This document shows positions 41,018 to 52,087 of a DNA stretch of 64,000 nt, in pieces. The first letter of the stretch is position 1. The number at the start of each line of letters is the position of its first letter. The stretch covers positions 8,900-72,899 of the forward strand of contig JBDTZG010000027.1 in assembly GCA_040005235.1 (NCBI GenBank), given 5' to 3'. The notes beneath the pieces are model-generated. The model saw only the letters and a list, made by a program, of their open reading frames with translations, searched no databases and was not told where the DNA came from. This DNA comes from Acidobacteriota bacterium (GTDB lineage Bacteria > Acidobacteriota > Thermoanaerobaculia > Multivoradales > UBA5704). The position numbers were made by a program, and so were the translations under genes.

Positions 41018-41569
41018 ATGGCGAAAAAACCAGCCACCACCGCCCAGCTACGTAAAGCCACCCAAGCCGTCGAGAGCGCAATCATCGTCCTCAGGGGAGA
41101 GCGAGTCCTGCTCGACTCCGACCTTGCCGAGATCTACGGCGTTCCGACCAAGCGACTCAACGAACAGGTGAAACGGAATCGCCGCCGGTTCCCTGCCGAT
41201 TTCGCGTTTCAACTGAGCGCGCCGGAGACCGACGGTTTGAGGTCGCAAATTGCGACCTCAAACGCGGGGCGCGGCGGTCGCCGCACGCGGCCCTTCGCGT
41301 TTACCGAGCACGGCGCAATTATGGCGGCCAACGTCCTCAGCTCGCCTCGGGCGATCGCCGCGAGCGTTCTCGTGGTCCGAGCCTTTGTTCGAATGAGACA
41401 GGCACTGGCGCCTCATGGGGAGATCGCCCGCAAGCTGGAAGATCTGGAACGGCGAACGGACGAGCGGTTTCACGAAGTCTTCGCCGCAATTCGAGCTTTG
41501 ATGTCCTTGCCGGCTGCTTCGCGTCGGCGCCGCATCGGCTTCTCGGTTGCTGAAAAAGCTGGCCCGTGA
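41018..41569 (+). CDS. ORF6N (KilA-N-like) DNA-binding domain protein
   Basis: RGERVLLDSDLAEIYGVPTKRLNEQVKRNRRRFPADFAFQL, LRSQIATS, PFAFTEHGAIMAANVL; SD AAAGGAG before ATG 41018. Confidence 0.92.
   Translation: MAKKPATTAQLRKATQAVESAIIVLRGERVLLDSDLAEIYGVPTKRLNEQVKRNRRRFPADFAFQLSAPETDGLRSQIATSNAGRGGRRTRPFAFTEHGAIMAANVLSSPRAIAASVLVVRAFVRMRQALAPHGEIARKLEDLERRTDERFHEVFAAIRALMSLPAASRRRRIGFSVAEKAGP
41235..41263. repeat. Palindrome copy 2, inside the ORF6N CDS (encodes LRSQIATSN)
   Basis: GTTTGAGGTCGCAAATTGCGACCTCAAAC, identical to copies 1 and 3. Confidence 0.95.
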
Positions 41570-41587
41570 GACTTGAATCTGGGGTCG

Positions 41588-41622
41588 CCGAGCGTTTGAG
41601 GTCGCAAATTGCGACCTCAAAC
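41588..41622. repeat. Palindrome copy 3
   Basis: CCGAGCGTTTGAGGTCGCAAATTGCGACCTCAAAC, identical to 40892-40926. Confidence 0.95.
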
Positions 41623-41646
41623 GTCCGGGCTCGCCAACGGCGGGAA

Positions 41647-43065
<1,419 letters not shown>

Positions 43066-43139
43066 GGGATGGAATGTCCTTTCGGTGGAGAGTGCTTCCA
43101 GGGCGTATGGTAGCGAGTGGCTATCCCATCGTCCAAAAT

Positions 43140-44177
43140 CTAGGGTGGAGACGCGGCGTGTTCCGCCGGATCGCGCCAGGGCTCGACGGGAACGTCGCGG
43201 ATCGGCCCGGGCGGCGGCTCTTCGAGCACCCACAGCAGATGCGAGACGAATTCCTCGGGGCACTCAGCCTCCGGGGTATGGCCGCACGCCGCGATCAGGA
43301 GGAATCGAGCTCTGGGCAGCTCTCGGGCGTAGCGTCGTCCGAGGTCGGGAGGAAACAGCTTGTCGGCGCCGCCCCAGATAAGATCGGTGGGGGTATTGAT
43401 CGCTGCGAGCCGGCCGTCGAGAAAATCGCGGCGGGAAAAGCTCGCGAAAATGCGCGGCGCCGGCCCTTTCTGCATTTTCTCGACCACATCGTCGAGCAGG
43501 AATCCCGGCAGCGGAGGAATCCGCGGCCCGAGGATCGCCTCGGTGAAAATTCGCGCCTCGGCCCGGTTGTGCACCAGGAACTGAACCTTCGGCGGGTAGA
43601 GCAGGCCGCCGGTGTCGACCAGGACCATGCGCGAGATCCGCTCCGGATGGCGCTCCGCATAGAGCAGGGCGACCCAACCGCCGAGCGAATTGCCAATCAG
43701 GATCGGCGGCGGCCGGGTCCCGGCATGCGCCGCGAGCAGCGCTTCGAGCCCGGCCACCTCGTCGGAGATCGACAGCGGCCCCTTGGCCGGTGCGCTGTCG
43801 CCGTGCCCGGGCAGATCGATCACGATCAGCCGGTGGCCTTTCAACAGTGCGGGGACCGACTGCGCCCAGACCCCCGCGTCGTTGCCCAGACCATGGATCA
43901 GGACGAGATCCGGACCGGGAGATTCTTTGACGCCGCCGATCCAGTAGCTGAGCTTGCCGCGTGGGCCGGGCATCGTTCGATGTTCGAGCCCGGCCCACGA
44001 CAGTCGCAGGCGAACGAACGCGCGCCAAAGGCCGAGCGGGTTGACCCAGATCGCGAGGCCGGCCGAGACGACCAGGATCGCCAAGGCGGCAAGTAGAGGC
44101 AGCGCCCGCCGCAGCCGGGTCTTCTTCCGCGGCGGAACCGAAACGTCGCCCTCTTCGAGCCGGGACATTTCGCTCAT
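43140..44177 (-). CDS. Membrane-anchored alpha/beta hydrolase
   Basis: LIHGLG, DLPGHG, GNSLGG, CGHTP. Confidence 0.88.
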   Translation of the reverse strand: MSEMSRLEEGDVSVPPRKKTRLRRALPLLAALAILVVSAGLAIWVNPLGLWRAFVRLRLSWAGLEHRTMPGPRGKLSYWIGGVKESPGPDLVLIHGLGNDAGVWAQSVPALLKGHRLIVIDLPGHGDSAPAKGPLSISDEVAGLEALLAAHAGTRPPPILIGNSLGGWVALLYAERHPERISRMVLVDTGGLLYPPKVQFLVHNRAEARIFTEAILGPRIPPLPGFLLDDVVEKMQKGPAPRIFASFSRRDFLDGRLAAINTPTDLIWGGADKLFPPDLGRRYARELPRARFLLIAACGHTPEAECPEEFVSHLLWVLEEPPPGPIRDVPVEPWRDPAEHAASPP

Positions 44178-45554
44178 TCAGCCGACTTCCATGACGTCCG
44201 CGAGCATCGCCCGGACGATGGGCAGCTCCTCGGGCAGCCAGCTCGCAAATCCCTCGCTCGCAAACAGCTCGGCGTCGCCGGGGTAGGTCGGGACCAGGTA
44301 GAGCGGAAAGCGGGCGAAGATCTCGCGGTCGGAGCGCTTCCTGCGGGCCTGGATCGCGCTCCGCTTCGCCGCCGCATCGTCCAGATGGCCGAGCAGGTAG
44401 GCCACGGTGCGAAACTGCGCGATCGTCCGCTCGTCGGTCACCCGGGGCGAGCGCGCCTCGGCATCGCGCGCCGGATCGGACCCGAGGCGCGCGGCGATCT
44501 TGACCAGCACCCGACGGAGCGATTCGCGCCAGCCATGGCGGCGAAACCTGCGGACGATTCCCGCCGGGGTCCAGGGCTCGCGGGGCGGCGAGATCGGAGC
44601 GGCGCGGGCGGCAGGCACAGCCCCCGACTCCCCCGCCGGACCGCGTTTGCCGGGCGCGGTGTTGGCGATCCAGCCGGCATAAGGGTCGATCGCAAACGCC
44701 GCGCCGCCCGGGTTGTTTTCGACCAGCATGCTCTGAGTGCGCGAGAGGAAGGCCAGCAGGACCGCGGGCATCAAGCGTTCCCAGGTCCCCGCCTCGTAAT
44801 TCTTGTAGGCGGTCAAAAACGCGTTCCGTTCAAACAGGAAACCGCGATTGAACAGGCCGAGCAGGTCGCTCGTGGCGCTCGATCGATGATGGACGACGGC
44901 TCCCGGGGCAAACGTCACCCGCTCGCCGCCCGACCAAAGGCGCCAACCGAGATCGACGTCCTCGAGGTAGGCGAAATAGGCTTCGTCGAATCCGCCCGCG
45001 GCGAGAAACGAGCTCTTGCGGATCAGCAGATTGCCGCCGCAGGCAAACAGCAGCTCCTCGCCCTCGGCGGGCACTTTCGCCCGGTCGAGCGGCCGGCGGT
45101 AATCGATCTGAAATGCATGCCCGTCGAAAGTCATCGCGCCACGCGCGAAGTCGAGCCGCTCGCCCGTCCAATCGACGATCTGGCCGGAAACCGCCGCGAC
45201 ATCGTCGGCCGCGGCCGAGAAAGCCGCCACCAGCCCCAAGAGCCAATCCGGACGGGGGCGCGTGTCGTTGTTCAAAAACGCCACCGCATCGCCCGAAGCT
45301 TCGGCCACCAGGCGGTTGTTGCCGGCGCAGAATCCGAGGTTGACGGGGCTCTCGACCCACCGCAGGTTGGGGAGCCCCGAGGGCGGGTTGCCGCGCAGCC
45401 ATTCCGCCGTGCCGTCGGTCGAGCCGTTGTCGAGCACCAGGATCTCCCACGGCACGCCCGGGTCGTTCTGCCGGCCGAGCGCTTCGAGACAGGTTTCGAG
45501 GTGATGACGGCCGTTCCAGGAGAGGACGGCGACCGATACTTTGGCTGGCTTCAT
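44178..45554 (-). CDS. Glycosyltransferase family 2
   Basis: LDNGSTDGT, NLGFCAGNN, FLNNDT, GFDEAYFAYLEDVDLGWR. Confidence 0.92.
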   Translation of the reverse strand: MKPAKVSVAVLSWNGRHHLETCLEALGRQNDPGVPWEILVLDNGSTDGTAEWLRGNPPSGLPNLRWVESPVNLGFCAGNNRLVAEASGDAVAFLNNDTRPRPDWLLGLVAAFSAAADDVAAVSGQIVDWTGERLDFARGAMTFDGHAFQIDYRRPLDRAKVPAEGEELLFACGGNLLIRKSSFLAAGGFDEAYFAYLEDVDLGWRLWSGGERVTFAPGAVVHHRSSATSDLLGLFNRGFLFERNAFLTAYKNYEAGTWERLMPAVLLAFLSRTQSMLVENNPGGAAFAIDPYAGWIANTAPGKRGPAGESGAVPAARAAPISPPREPWTPAGIVRRFRRHGWRESLRRVLVKIAARLGSDPARDAEARSPRVTDERTIAQFRTVAYLLGHLDDAAAKRSAIQARRKRSDREIFARFPLYLVPTYPGDAELFASEGFASWLPEELPIVRAMLADVMEVG

Positions 45555-46846
45555 CGGTTCCCAAACATCCTTCGGACCCGCCGCCTCAGACGAAACGCGA
45601 GAGAATCGGCGGGGGCCGAAGTGGGCAGCGCCCGGGCGAAGCGCTCCTTGGTCGGGTCGAGCCGCGGCTCACGGCAGAACGCGACCAGCGGCGCGAGCGC
45701 CCGCTCCCAACGAAACCCTTCGAGCAGCCGGGCGGCGCCGGCTCGATAGGCTCCGCCCTCGACGTCTTCGACCGCTTCGACCAGGGCCGTCCCGAGCGCC
45801 GCAGCGTCTCCCGCGGGAACCACCCGACCGGCGCCGTGCTCGACCAGCATTCGGCTCATCGCGCCCCCTTCGCTCGTGATCACCGGGCAGCCCGCGGCGA
45901 GCGCATCGAGAAACCGGGTGCGCAGCGAAAGTCGCGTTTCAAGGGTCGGCCGGTGCGGGGCGACCAGAACGTCGACGTCGCGCAGCAGGTCGTAGCGCCG
46001 TTGGGAAGGCACCCAATCGAGCAGCTGCACCCGGGTTCCCCAGATGCCGCGGCGACGGCAGCGGGCTTCGACTTCGCCAAGCAGGCGCTGCGGCGTGCTT
46101 TCGGGGTTCGGGTTGGCGATCAACAGGAGGGTCCAATCGGGGCGGTCGAGGCCGTCTAGGGCGTCGAGCAACGTCCAAGGATCGTACCAGTCGTAGAGGC
46201 CGCCGAAGAGCAAGCGCTTCTCGCCCGGCCGACGCGGCGGAAGATACGCCGCGTGGGGCGGCAATTCCTCCGGCACCCCGAACGGCACCGGGGCGATCAA
46301 CCCCATGAGATCGGGATCGCCCGCCAGCCGCTCCGGATTCACCCGGCCGAGCGCGGCCAGGAACCCGAGATAAAACGTCCGCTGTTCCTCCGACGAGCAG
46401 AGAAAGAAATCGCCGCGCGACATCTGGAGCACCCAGGTCGCATGGTCGTTGCGGTAGGGATCGAGCCCAAGGCTCGGGACGTAGGCGAAGTTTTCGATCA
46501 GCCATGGGTCGTAGAGGTCGATCGCCACCGGCAGCGCACCGCCACCAAGGCCCGAGGCCGAACCGAGCTCGACCACCGCATCGTTGCCGAGCTGGCCCTG
46601 GGCGACGACCGAGGTGCAATCTGCACACAGCGCCCGGAGCCGGCCGCGCTCGAATCGGGCGACCTCGGAAGCCTTTAGCGGCACCGCGGCGAGCATCTCT
46701 TCCGTTGTTGCGGGGGAGATCAGCCGGACCTCAACCCCCAGACCGGGCAGCCGGCGCGCCAGCTCGGCGTAGCGGATGCCGATGCCGGCCATCCGCGGAC
46801 GGATCGGCTCGCTCGACAGGATCGCGACGCGGGGGGTGGGAGGCAT
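45551..46846 (-). CDS. GT-B fold glycosyltransferase (GT4-like)
   Basis: MAGIGIRY, DLYDP, LFGGLYDWYDP, RTRFLDALAAGCPVI. Confidence 0.8.
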   Translation of the reverse strand: MPPTPRVAILSSEPIRPRMAGIGIRYAELARRLPGLGVEVRLISPATTEEMLAAVPLKASEVARFERGRLRALCADCTSVVAQGQLGNDAVVELGSASGLGGGALPVAIDLYDPWLIENFAYVPSLGLDPYRNDHATWVLQMSRGDFFLCSSEEQRTFYLGFLAALGRVNPERLAGDPDLMGLIAPVPFGVPEELPPHAAYLPPRRPGEKRLLFGGLYDWYDPWTLLDALDGLDRPDWTLLLIANPNPESTPQRLLGEVEARCRRRGIWGTRVQLLDWVPSQRRYDLLRDVDVLVAPHRPTLETRLSLRTRFLDALAAGCPVITSEGGAMSRMLVEHGAGRVVPAGDAAALGTALVEAVEDVEGGAYRAGAARLLEGFRWERALAPLVAFCREPRLDPTKERFARALPTSAPADSLAFRLRRRVRRMFGNR

Positions 46847-46861
46847 CGGAATTCGGCGAAA

Positions 46862-48820
46862 TCAGCGGAGCAGCTTGTGCAGGCGCCAGGCGCGCGTCGC
46901 TTCCATGGTCCGGATCAACCCGTTCAGCCGCTCGATCTCGGCATACGTGCGACCGAGGTGCGCCGTCTGCTCGTCGATCGTTCCGCGCAGCGCCTGCGCT
47001 TCGGCGTAGAGCCGGGTCAGATCCTCGACCTGGCGGGCGAGATCGGCCGTAAGCCGCTCGTTCTCCCCGCCAAGCGCCGCCTCAGCGCCGTGGGCGGAAT
47101 GGTAGCGCTCCTCCCAGGCGAACCGTTCGGCGGAAACCTGCGAGTGCGCCCGTTCGAGCAACTCGAACTGAGCGGTCTCCGCGGCCAACTCTCCGCGCAA
47201 ACCTGCCACTTCGGCCTTCCGGCGCGCCGCCTCTTCGCGCGCCTCGACCTCCTCGCGACGGAGGGTGTCGACCGCGCGGGCGAGCAGATCCGGCCCGATC
47301 CGCCCGGCGTGCTTGCCGATCACCCGCTCTTTGACCGCGAGAAAATCGCTCCGCTCGCGCGGCCGTTCGCCGAAAACGTGGTGCGGCGCGCCGCGGAAGT
47401 GGCGGTATTCGCAGGTGACGGCCGCCAGGTGGTGAAACGGCGCGAGCGCCGCGAGCCGGATCAACAGGTCCCAATCCTCGAAGAACGGCAGCGACGCATC
47501 GAGCGGCCCCGCCGCTAGAAGCAACTGCCGCTCGATTAAAACGGTATTGAACGGGATGTAGTTGTCGAGCAGCAGCAGATCGGGATCGAAATCGCGGCTG
47601 TAGGGTAGGCGCCGCTCCCGGCAGATCCACCCCGCGGCGCCAGTCGAACCGCCCAGCTCATAGATCGCCACCGCGGCGTCGGTATAGGCGATTTGGACTC
47701 CCGCCCCTTGGACCAGGGCTGCGAGCGTCGCCAGATGCTCGGGGGCGGCCAGATCGTCGTCGTCGAGGAACGCGAGATAAGCCCCGGTCGCCGCCTCGAT
47801 GCCCGCCTGGGCCGCCGCGGCCCGGCCGCGGGTTTCCCCCAGATCGACGCGCACGATCGGAAAGGGGAAATCCGCCGGAATTTGCGGCGGCGCCCCGCCG
47901 TCGTTGACCAGCACGACCTCCACCCGAGTATAGGTCTGTAGGGCAACAGAGGCGAGCGCCTCGCGCAACAGCTCCGGGCGGTCTTTCGTCCGCACGACGA
48001 CCGAGACGCTGGGGCCCTCCCGCACCTCCAGCAGGTCGGGCAGGCCGCCCAGATGGCGGATCAGCTGGGCGCCGCTGCGGGTGCGGAAATCATCCACGGT
48101 CAACCGGCGATAGCCCTCCGCAAGATCGACCCCCGGCGCCAGCGACAGCGTCCGGTGGCGCCGCAGCCCCAGCGCCGCGTTCCAATACGGATGGCGCTCG
48201 GCCTGGCTCCGGTGCGCGGCAAACGCCCGTTCGAGCAGATCGGCCTCGGCCGAGACATCCACCAGCAAGTCCGGATAACCCGGGCGGTTCACCTCGTAGA
48301 CCAGGATGCGCAGATTTTCGAAATCCGAGAGGGCGCCGTCGGAGGACGTCGATCCCGACCGCAGCGGCGCGAGGAGGCGATGGAGAGCCGCAAATGCCGC
48401 GCGATGATCGGGGCTCGCTTCGAGCGGCGAGGGAACCAGCAGCAGCTCCGGCCGCTGGGACAGGATCGCGCGCCGGATGCCCGCGGCGATCTCATCGAGG
48501 TGATCGGAGAGAGCGCCGTCCGGCAGATCGAGGGCGTCGCATCCGGAAAGCCCCAGAATCTCCGCCGCGCGCGCCGATTCGTCGCGGCGCCGCGCCCGAT
48601 AAGCCGCTCGATCTTCCACTCTTTCAATTCCGCCTTCCGTTCCTCCACCGCCGTCGGACAGGAACAGCACCCGGACGGCGGAGCCCGAGGCGGCGAGTTG
48701 GGCGAGCAGGCCGCCAGGACCGAGCACCTCGTCGTCGGGATGCGGGGCGATCGCGAGCGCGCTCGCCGCGGCGACTCGTTCGCTCGTGCCGGGGGGTGAG
48801 GTGTTGAAGGTCGAGGTCAC
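46862..48820 (-). CDS. PIG-L family deacetylase + GT2 + coiled-coil fusion protein
   Basis: APHPDDEVLG and SPDH (PIG-L); VVRTKDRP, VNDGG, FLDDDD, EDWDL (GT2); heptad-rich C-terminus ending MEATRAWRL. Confidence 0.85.
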   Translation of the reverse strand: MTSTFNTSPPGTSERVAAASALAIAPHPDDEVLGPGGLLAQLAASGSAVRVLFLSDGGGGTEGGIERVEDRAAYRARRRDESARAAEILGLSGCDALDLPDGALSDHLDEIAAGIRRAILSQRPELLLVPSPLEASPDHRAAFAALHRLLAPLRSGSTSSDGALSDFENLRILVYEVNRPGYPDLLVDVSAEADLLERAFAAHRSQAERHPYWNAALGLRRHRTLSLAPGVDLAEGYRRLTVDDFRTRSGAQLIRHLGGLPDLLEVREGPSVSVVVRTKDRPELLREALASVALQTYTRVEVVLVNDGGAPPQIPADFPFPIVRVDLGETRGRAAAAQAGIEAATGAYLAFLDDDDLAAPEHLATLAALVQGAGVQIAYTDAAVAIYELGGSTGAAGWICRERRLPYSRDFDPDLLLLDNYIPFNTVLIERQLLLAAGPLDASLPFFEDWDLLIRLAALAPFHHLAAVTCEYRHFRGAPHHVFGERPRERSDFLAVKERVIGKHAGRIGPDLLARAVDTLRREEVEAREEAARRKAEVAGLRGELAAETAQFELLERAHSQVSAERFAWEERYHSAHGAEAALGGENERLTADLARQVEDLTRLYAEAQALRGTIDEQTAHLGRTYAEIERLNGLIRTMEATRAWRLHKLLR

Positions 48821-51144
48821 TGGATGTATCCAAGAGCGCGCAGGCTCTTTTCGGTTTCCTCGCTCGCGGCGGCCGAGGCCGGCCGCGAGAGATCCCCGCG
48901 GCGCCAGAGCCAGAGCGTGCCGCCCGGCGCGACCAGCGGGAAGCGCCTTGCTTCGAGCGCCGAGCCGGCCACCGGGCCGCCGGCATAAGGCGATCCGGCA
49001 CCCAGCCGGATTTCGGTCGATCCAAGCGGCTTGCGGGCGATCTGCGCCGCGATCGAGACCGGCGCGCCGGTCTCGCCGTGGATCAGAAAGCCCTTGCCGC
49101 GCAACGCGCTCGACTCGCAGAGCAGATCGAAGCGCACCGCGGCGCCGACGATCTCGACCCGATCTCCCTGCGCCAGGAACAGCGGCAGGATGCTCTCCGG
49201 AGCCCGCTCGAAGGCGATGCTACCACCGAGTCGGGCACCGGCCGGGCAAGGCCGGACCGCCACGCGTAGGCCGTGCAACTGCTCGTCGAGCTGGGCGGAA
49301 AGGATCGGGTCGATCGACGAAAGCGGCGGCCGAGCGGCGGCCGGATCACCGATCAGATTCTTCTTTTCGTGCGGATCGGCCACCAGGTCGAACAGCTCGT
49401 CGGTCGGCATCCGTCCGAGATCGAGCGTCCAGAGGTGGGCCTGCAGCTCGTCCTCGGGCGCGAACGGCTGCGATCGATTGAAGCGAATCCGTTTGCTCCG
49501 GTCGAGAATCGTGGCGACCCGCAACGGACCGCTCGCCAGGTGTTGGGCAAAAGCCGGCTTCCTCGGCACCCCCCCTCGCCCTTCGAGCGCCGGCAACAGG
49601 TCGACGCCGTCCCAGGCCGGATCGGCCTTCGCCCCGATCGCCGCGGCGAACGTCGGCGCGAGATCGAGCAACCGGACGACGCCAGGCAGGCGCTTGCCCG
49701 CCGGGATTTTGCCGTCCCAACGGAAGAACAACGGCACATGGATCTGCTCGTCGTAGAGCGTCTGGCCATGCTTCCAGCCGCCATGGTCGAACAACTCCTC
49801 GCCGTGATCCGCAGTCACCACGACCAGGGTGTTTGCCAGGACCTCGGGCGGGATCGCCGCGAGCAGCCGGCCCACCTGGGAATCCGCGTAATGGATCTCG
49901 CTGTCGTACAGCGCCGCGATGTGTACCAGGTCGCGCGCCGGATCGTCGAGCTTCAGGCGGCCGGTATAAATGCCGTGAATCCAATCGACGCCGATCTTGC
50001 CGTGGTAGTCCGGATCGAACGTGGAGACGCCGTTTTTCAATTCCGGCGAGTCGTACGGGTCGTGCGGATCGATGTAATGAACGTAGAGGAAGAACGGCCG
50101 TTCGGCGCCCTGCGAATGGGCTGAGAGCCATGGGAGCGCCCGGTCGGTCAAGCCTCCGCCATGGAGGTTCATCGAAACCGGATCGGGCAGCGGGGTGTAG
50201 AACGTGCCGAAGCCGCGGGCGAAGCCGTTGCCCTCATGGAGGGTCGGATTGCCGACGAATCCGGCGGTCGCATACCCCGCGAGCGCGAACCTTTCGGCGA
50301 TCGAAGGAACCTCTTTCGGCAGCGCGAACGTTTCGACCGGATCGCCGAGAAACTCGCCCGGGTAGCGTCCGCTCATGATAGCCGCGAGCGACGGCAGGGT
50401 CCAGGGCGCCTCGCTGTAGGCGGTCTCTACGGTGGTCCCTTGCTCCGCCATCCAGTGTGCGATCTGCGGCGAAGTGTCGCGCTTGTAGCCGTAAGGCGTC
50501 AGATGGTCGGCGCGCATCGTATCGATCAGGATGAACAGGACGTTCGGGCGCGCATCCCCTGGCCGCGCCTGATCGCTTGTCTCGGTCGAAGAGAGCCGCG
50601 CCGGACCCCACGCGATTAGCGGCGTTGAGCGGTCCTCGGCGAGCAGGCCGATCAGGGTAGGCCGGACGGTGAGCGCGACCTTCTCGCCGGCCCAGGGCGA
50701 AAGATCGGCTTCTAGATCGAGCCAGCGCGGCGCTTCGGCCTTCGTCCTCTTCGCGACCGCCACCACCTCGCGACCGGATTCCCCTTCGACCTCGACCGAA
50801 ACTTCGAGCGCTTTGGCCACCTGCCAGCCGAGCGGCAGGGCTTGGATCCCCAGGTGCAACCGTCCCCCCTCCGGAACTTTCCCCCGCCAGACCCAAGGCT
50901 CGACCGAGGTGATCACCACCGGCCGGCTCTCGCGGTCGATCTCCAGAAGTTGGAGCGCCGGGCTGCGGGTGAACGCGAGGCCGGGGCGGCTTTGCCTCCC
51001 TGCGGCCACCGCGGCGACCCCGACCGAATAGCGCTTCGCGCGCACCTGCTCGCCGAGGTCGAAACGCGACGCCGGGCCAGGGCCGCAAGCGACCAGCGCC
51101 AGCGACGCGAGAACCAGCAGAGGAGTACGTTCAGACCAGGTCAT
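48817..51144 (-). CDS. Sulfatase-like (alkaline phosphatase superfamily) lipoprotein
   Basis: LVAC lipobox; NVLFILIDTMRADHL, APWTLPS, DPHDPY, TADHGEEL, LRALGYI. Confidence 0.85.
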   Translation of the reverse strand: MTWSERTPLLVLASLALVACGPGPASRFDLGEQVRAKRYSVGVAAVAAGRQSRPGLAFTRSPALQLLEIDRESRPVVITSVEPWVWRGKVPEGGRLHLGIQALPLGWQVAKALEVSVEVEGESGREVVAVAKRTKAEAPRWLDLEADLSPWAGEKVALTVRPTLIGLLAEDRSTPLIAWGPARLSSTETSDQARPGDARPNVLFILIDTMRADHLTPYGYKRDTSPQIAHWMAEQGTTVETAYSEAPWTLPSLAAIMSGRYPGEFLGDPVETFALPKEVPSIAERFALAGYATAGFVGNPTLHEGNGFARGFGTFYTPLPDPVSMNLHGGGLTDRALPWLSAHSQGAERPFFLYVHYIDPHDPYDSPELKNGVSTFDPDYHGKIGVDWIHGIYTGRLKLDDPARDLVHIAALYDSEIHYADSQVGRLLAAIPPEVLANTLVVVTADHGEELFDHGGWKHGQTLYDEQIHVPLFFRWDGKIPAGKRLPGVVRLLDLAPTFAAAIGAKADPAWDGVDLLPALEGRGGVPRKPAFAQHLASGPLRVATILDRSKRIRFNRSQPFAPEDELQAHLWTLDLGRMPTDELFDLVADPHEKKNLIGDPAAARPPLSSIDPILSAQLDEQLHGLRVAVRPCPAGARLGGSIAFERAPESILPLFLAQGDRVEIVGAAVRFDLLCESSALRGKGFLIHGETGAPVSIAAQIARKPLGSTEIRLGAGSPYAGGPVAGSALEARRFPLVAPGGTLWLWRRGDLSRPASAAASEETEKSLRALGYIQ

Positions 51145-52087
51145 AGTCTCCCATCGAGTAGAAGAAGCCCGCGGCGCTTGCCACCGGATCGGGTCCATCT
51201 TGCCGGCCGCGGCAGCCGAGGACGATCCGCTCCTCGGTGGGGTGAAGCCCCAGCTCGGCCAACTCGTCGTCCAGGTCCTCCCGCCCCGCCGGGGCCGGCC
51301 AGACCGTCCAGCGCTCGATCCCGGCGGCGGCGAGATCCGCGGCGATCCCGGCGAGGCTCGTCCGCCAATCGACGCCGGGCGGCAGCCAAAGCTCGGTCAC
51401 CTGCGCCTCCCGGCCGGCGAACGAGACGACGGCCAGTCCAGCCGCCCCGGAAACCTCCGGACGGTAGACGCGGTAGTAGCGTTCCGGCCGGGCATGGTAG
51501 CGCCAGTTGAGGAACGCCGCCGAGCGCACCACGCCGAATTCGCCTCCCGAAGCCGCCCAGATCTCCGCGGAATCGTCGGGCGCGACGTCGCTCCAGGGGA
51601 TCTCGTGCCCTTCCGCCACGGCCGCGACGTCGCCCACGAGCGGGCCGATCTCGGCTAGCGGCCGATAGCCGAACACCCGTTGGCCGAGCCGGAAGTGGCG
51701 GTCGCTCGGGAAACCGAAGATCCACGGCGCGTCGCCTTCGGCCGGCAGGTCGGCGAGCAGGGCGCGCCCCAGATCGACCAGCGGCGGCCGGAGATGCGGC
51801 GACCGCTCGGTCGCGACCCAATCGACCAACTGCCAGATCCCCCCTTCGCCGCCGCGCCAACGGGCCGCCAGGCGGAGCGCTCCGGCGTGGGCGAGGATCT
51901 CCCCGCCGGGGGTGCCGGCCGCCCCGATCGCCGCCACCCAACTGCGCCCCTCGCCCGGGAGGTGGCGGTATTTCCACAGCCACTCGGCTTCTCTAAGCGG
52001 CCGGCCGAACCGGCGGTCGAACAACTCGGAAAGGCCCGGTAGATCGTCCGGCTCGGTCGGCCGGATCTGGAGCACGGAGGAGATCAC
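51131..52087 (-). CDS. GNAT-like acyltransferase-domain protein
   Basis: IRPTEPDDLPGL...F, WLWKY, FGFP, VRSAAFLNWRY, C-terminal GDYD; GTGA overlap with the upstream gene. Confidence 0.65.
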   Translation of the reverse strand: MISSVLQIRPTEPDDLPGLSELFDRRFGRPLREAEWLWKYRHLPGEGRSWVAAIGAAGTPGGEILAHAGALRLAARWRGGEGGIWQLVDWVATERSPHLRPPLVDLGRALLADLPAEGDAPWIFGFPSDRHFRLGQRVFGYRPLAEIGPLVGDVAAVAEGHEIPWSDVAPDDSAEIWAASGGEFGVVRSAAFLNWRYHARPERYYRVYRPEVSGAAGLAVVSFAGREAQVTELWLPPGVDWRTSLAGIAADLAAAGIERWTVWPAPAGREDLDDELAELGLHPTEERIVLGCRGRQDGPDPVASAAGFFYSMGDYDLV

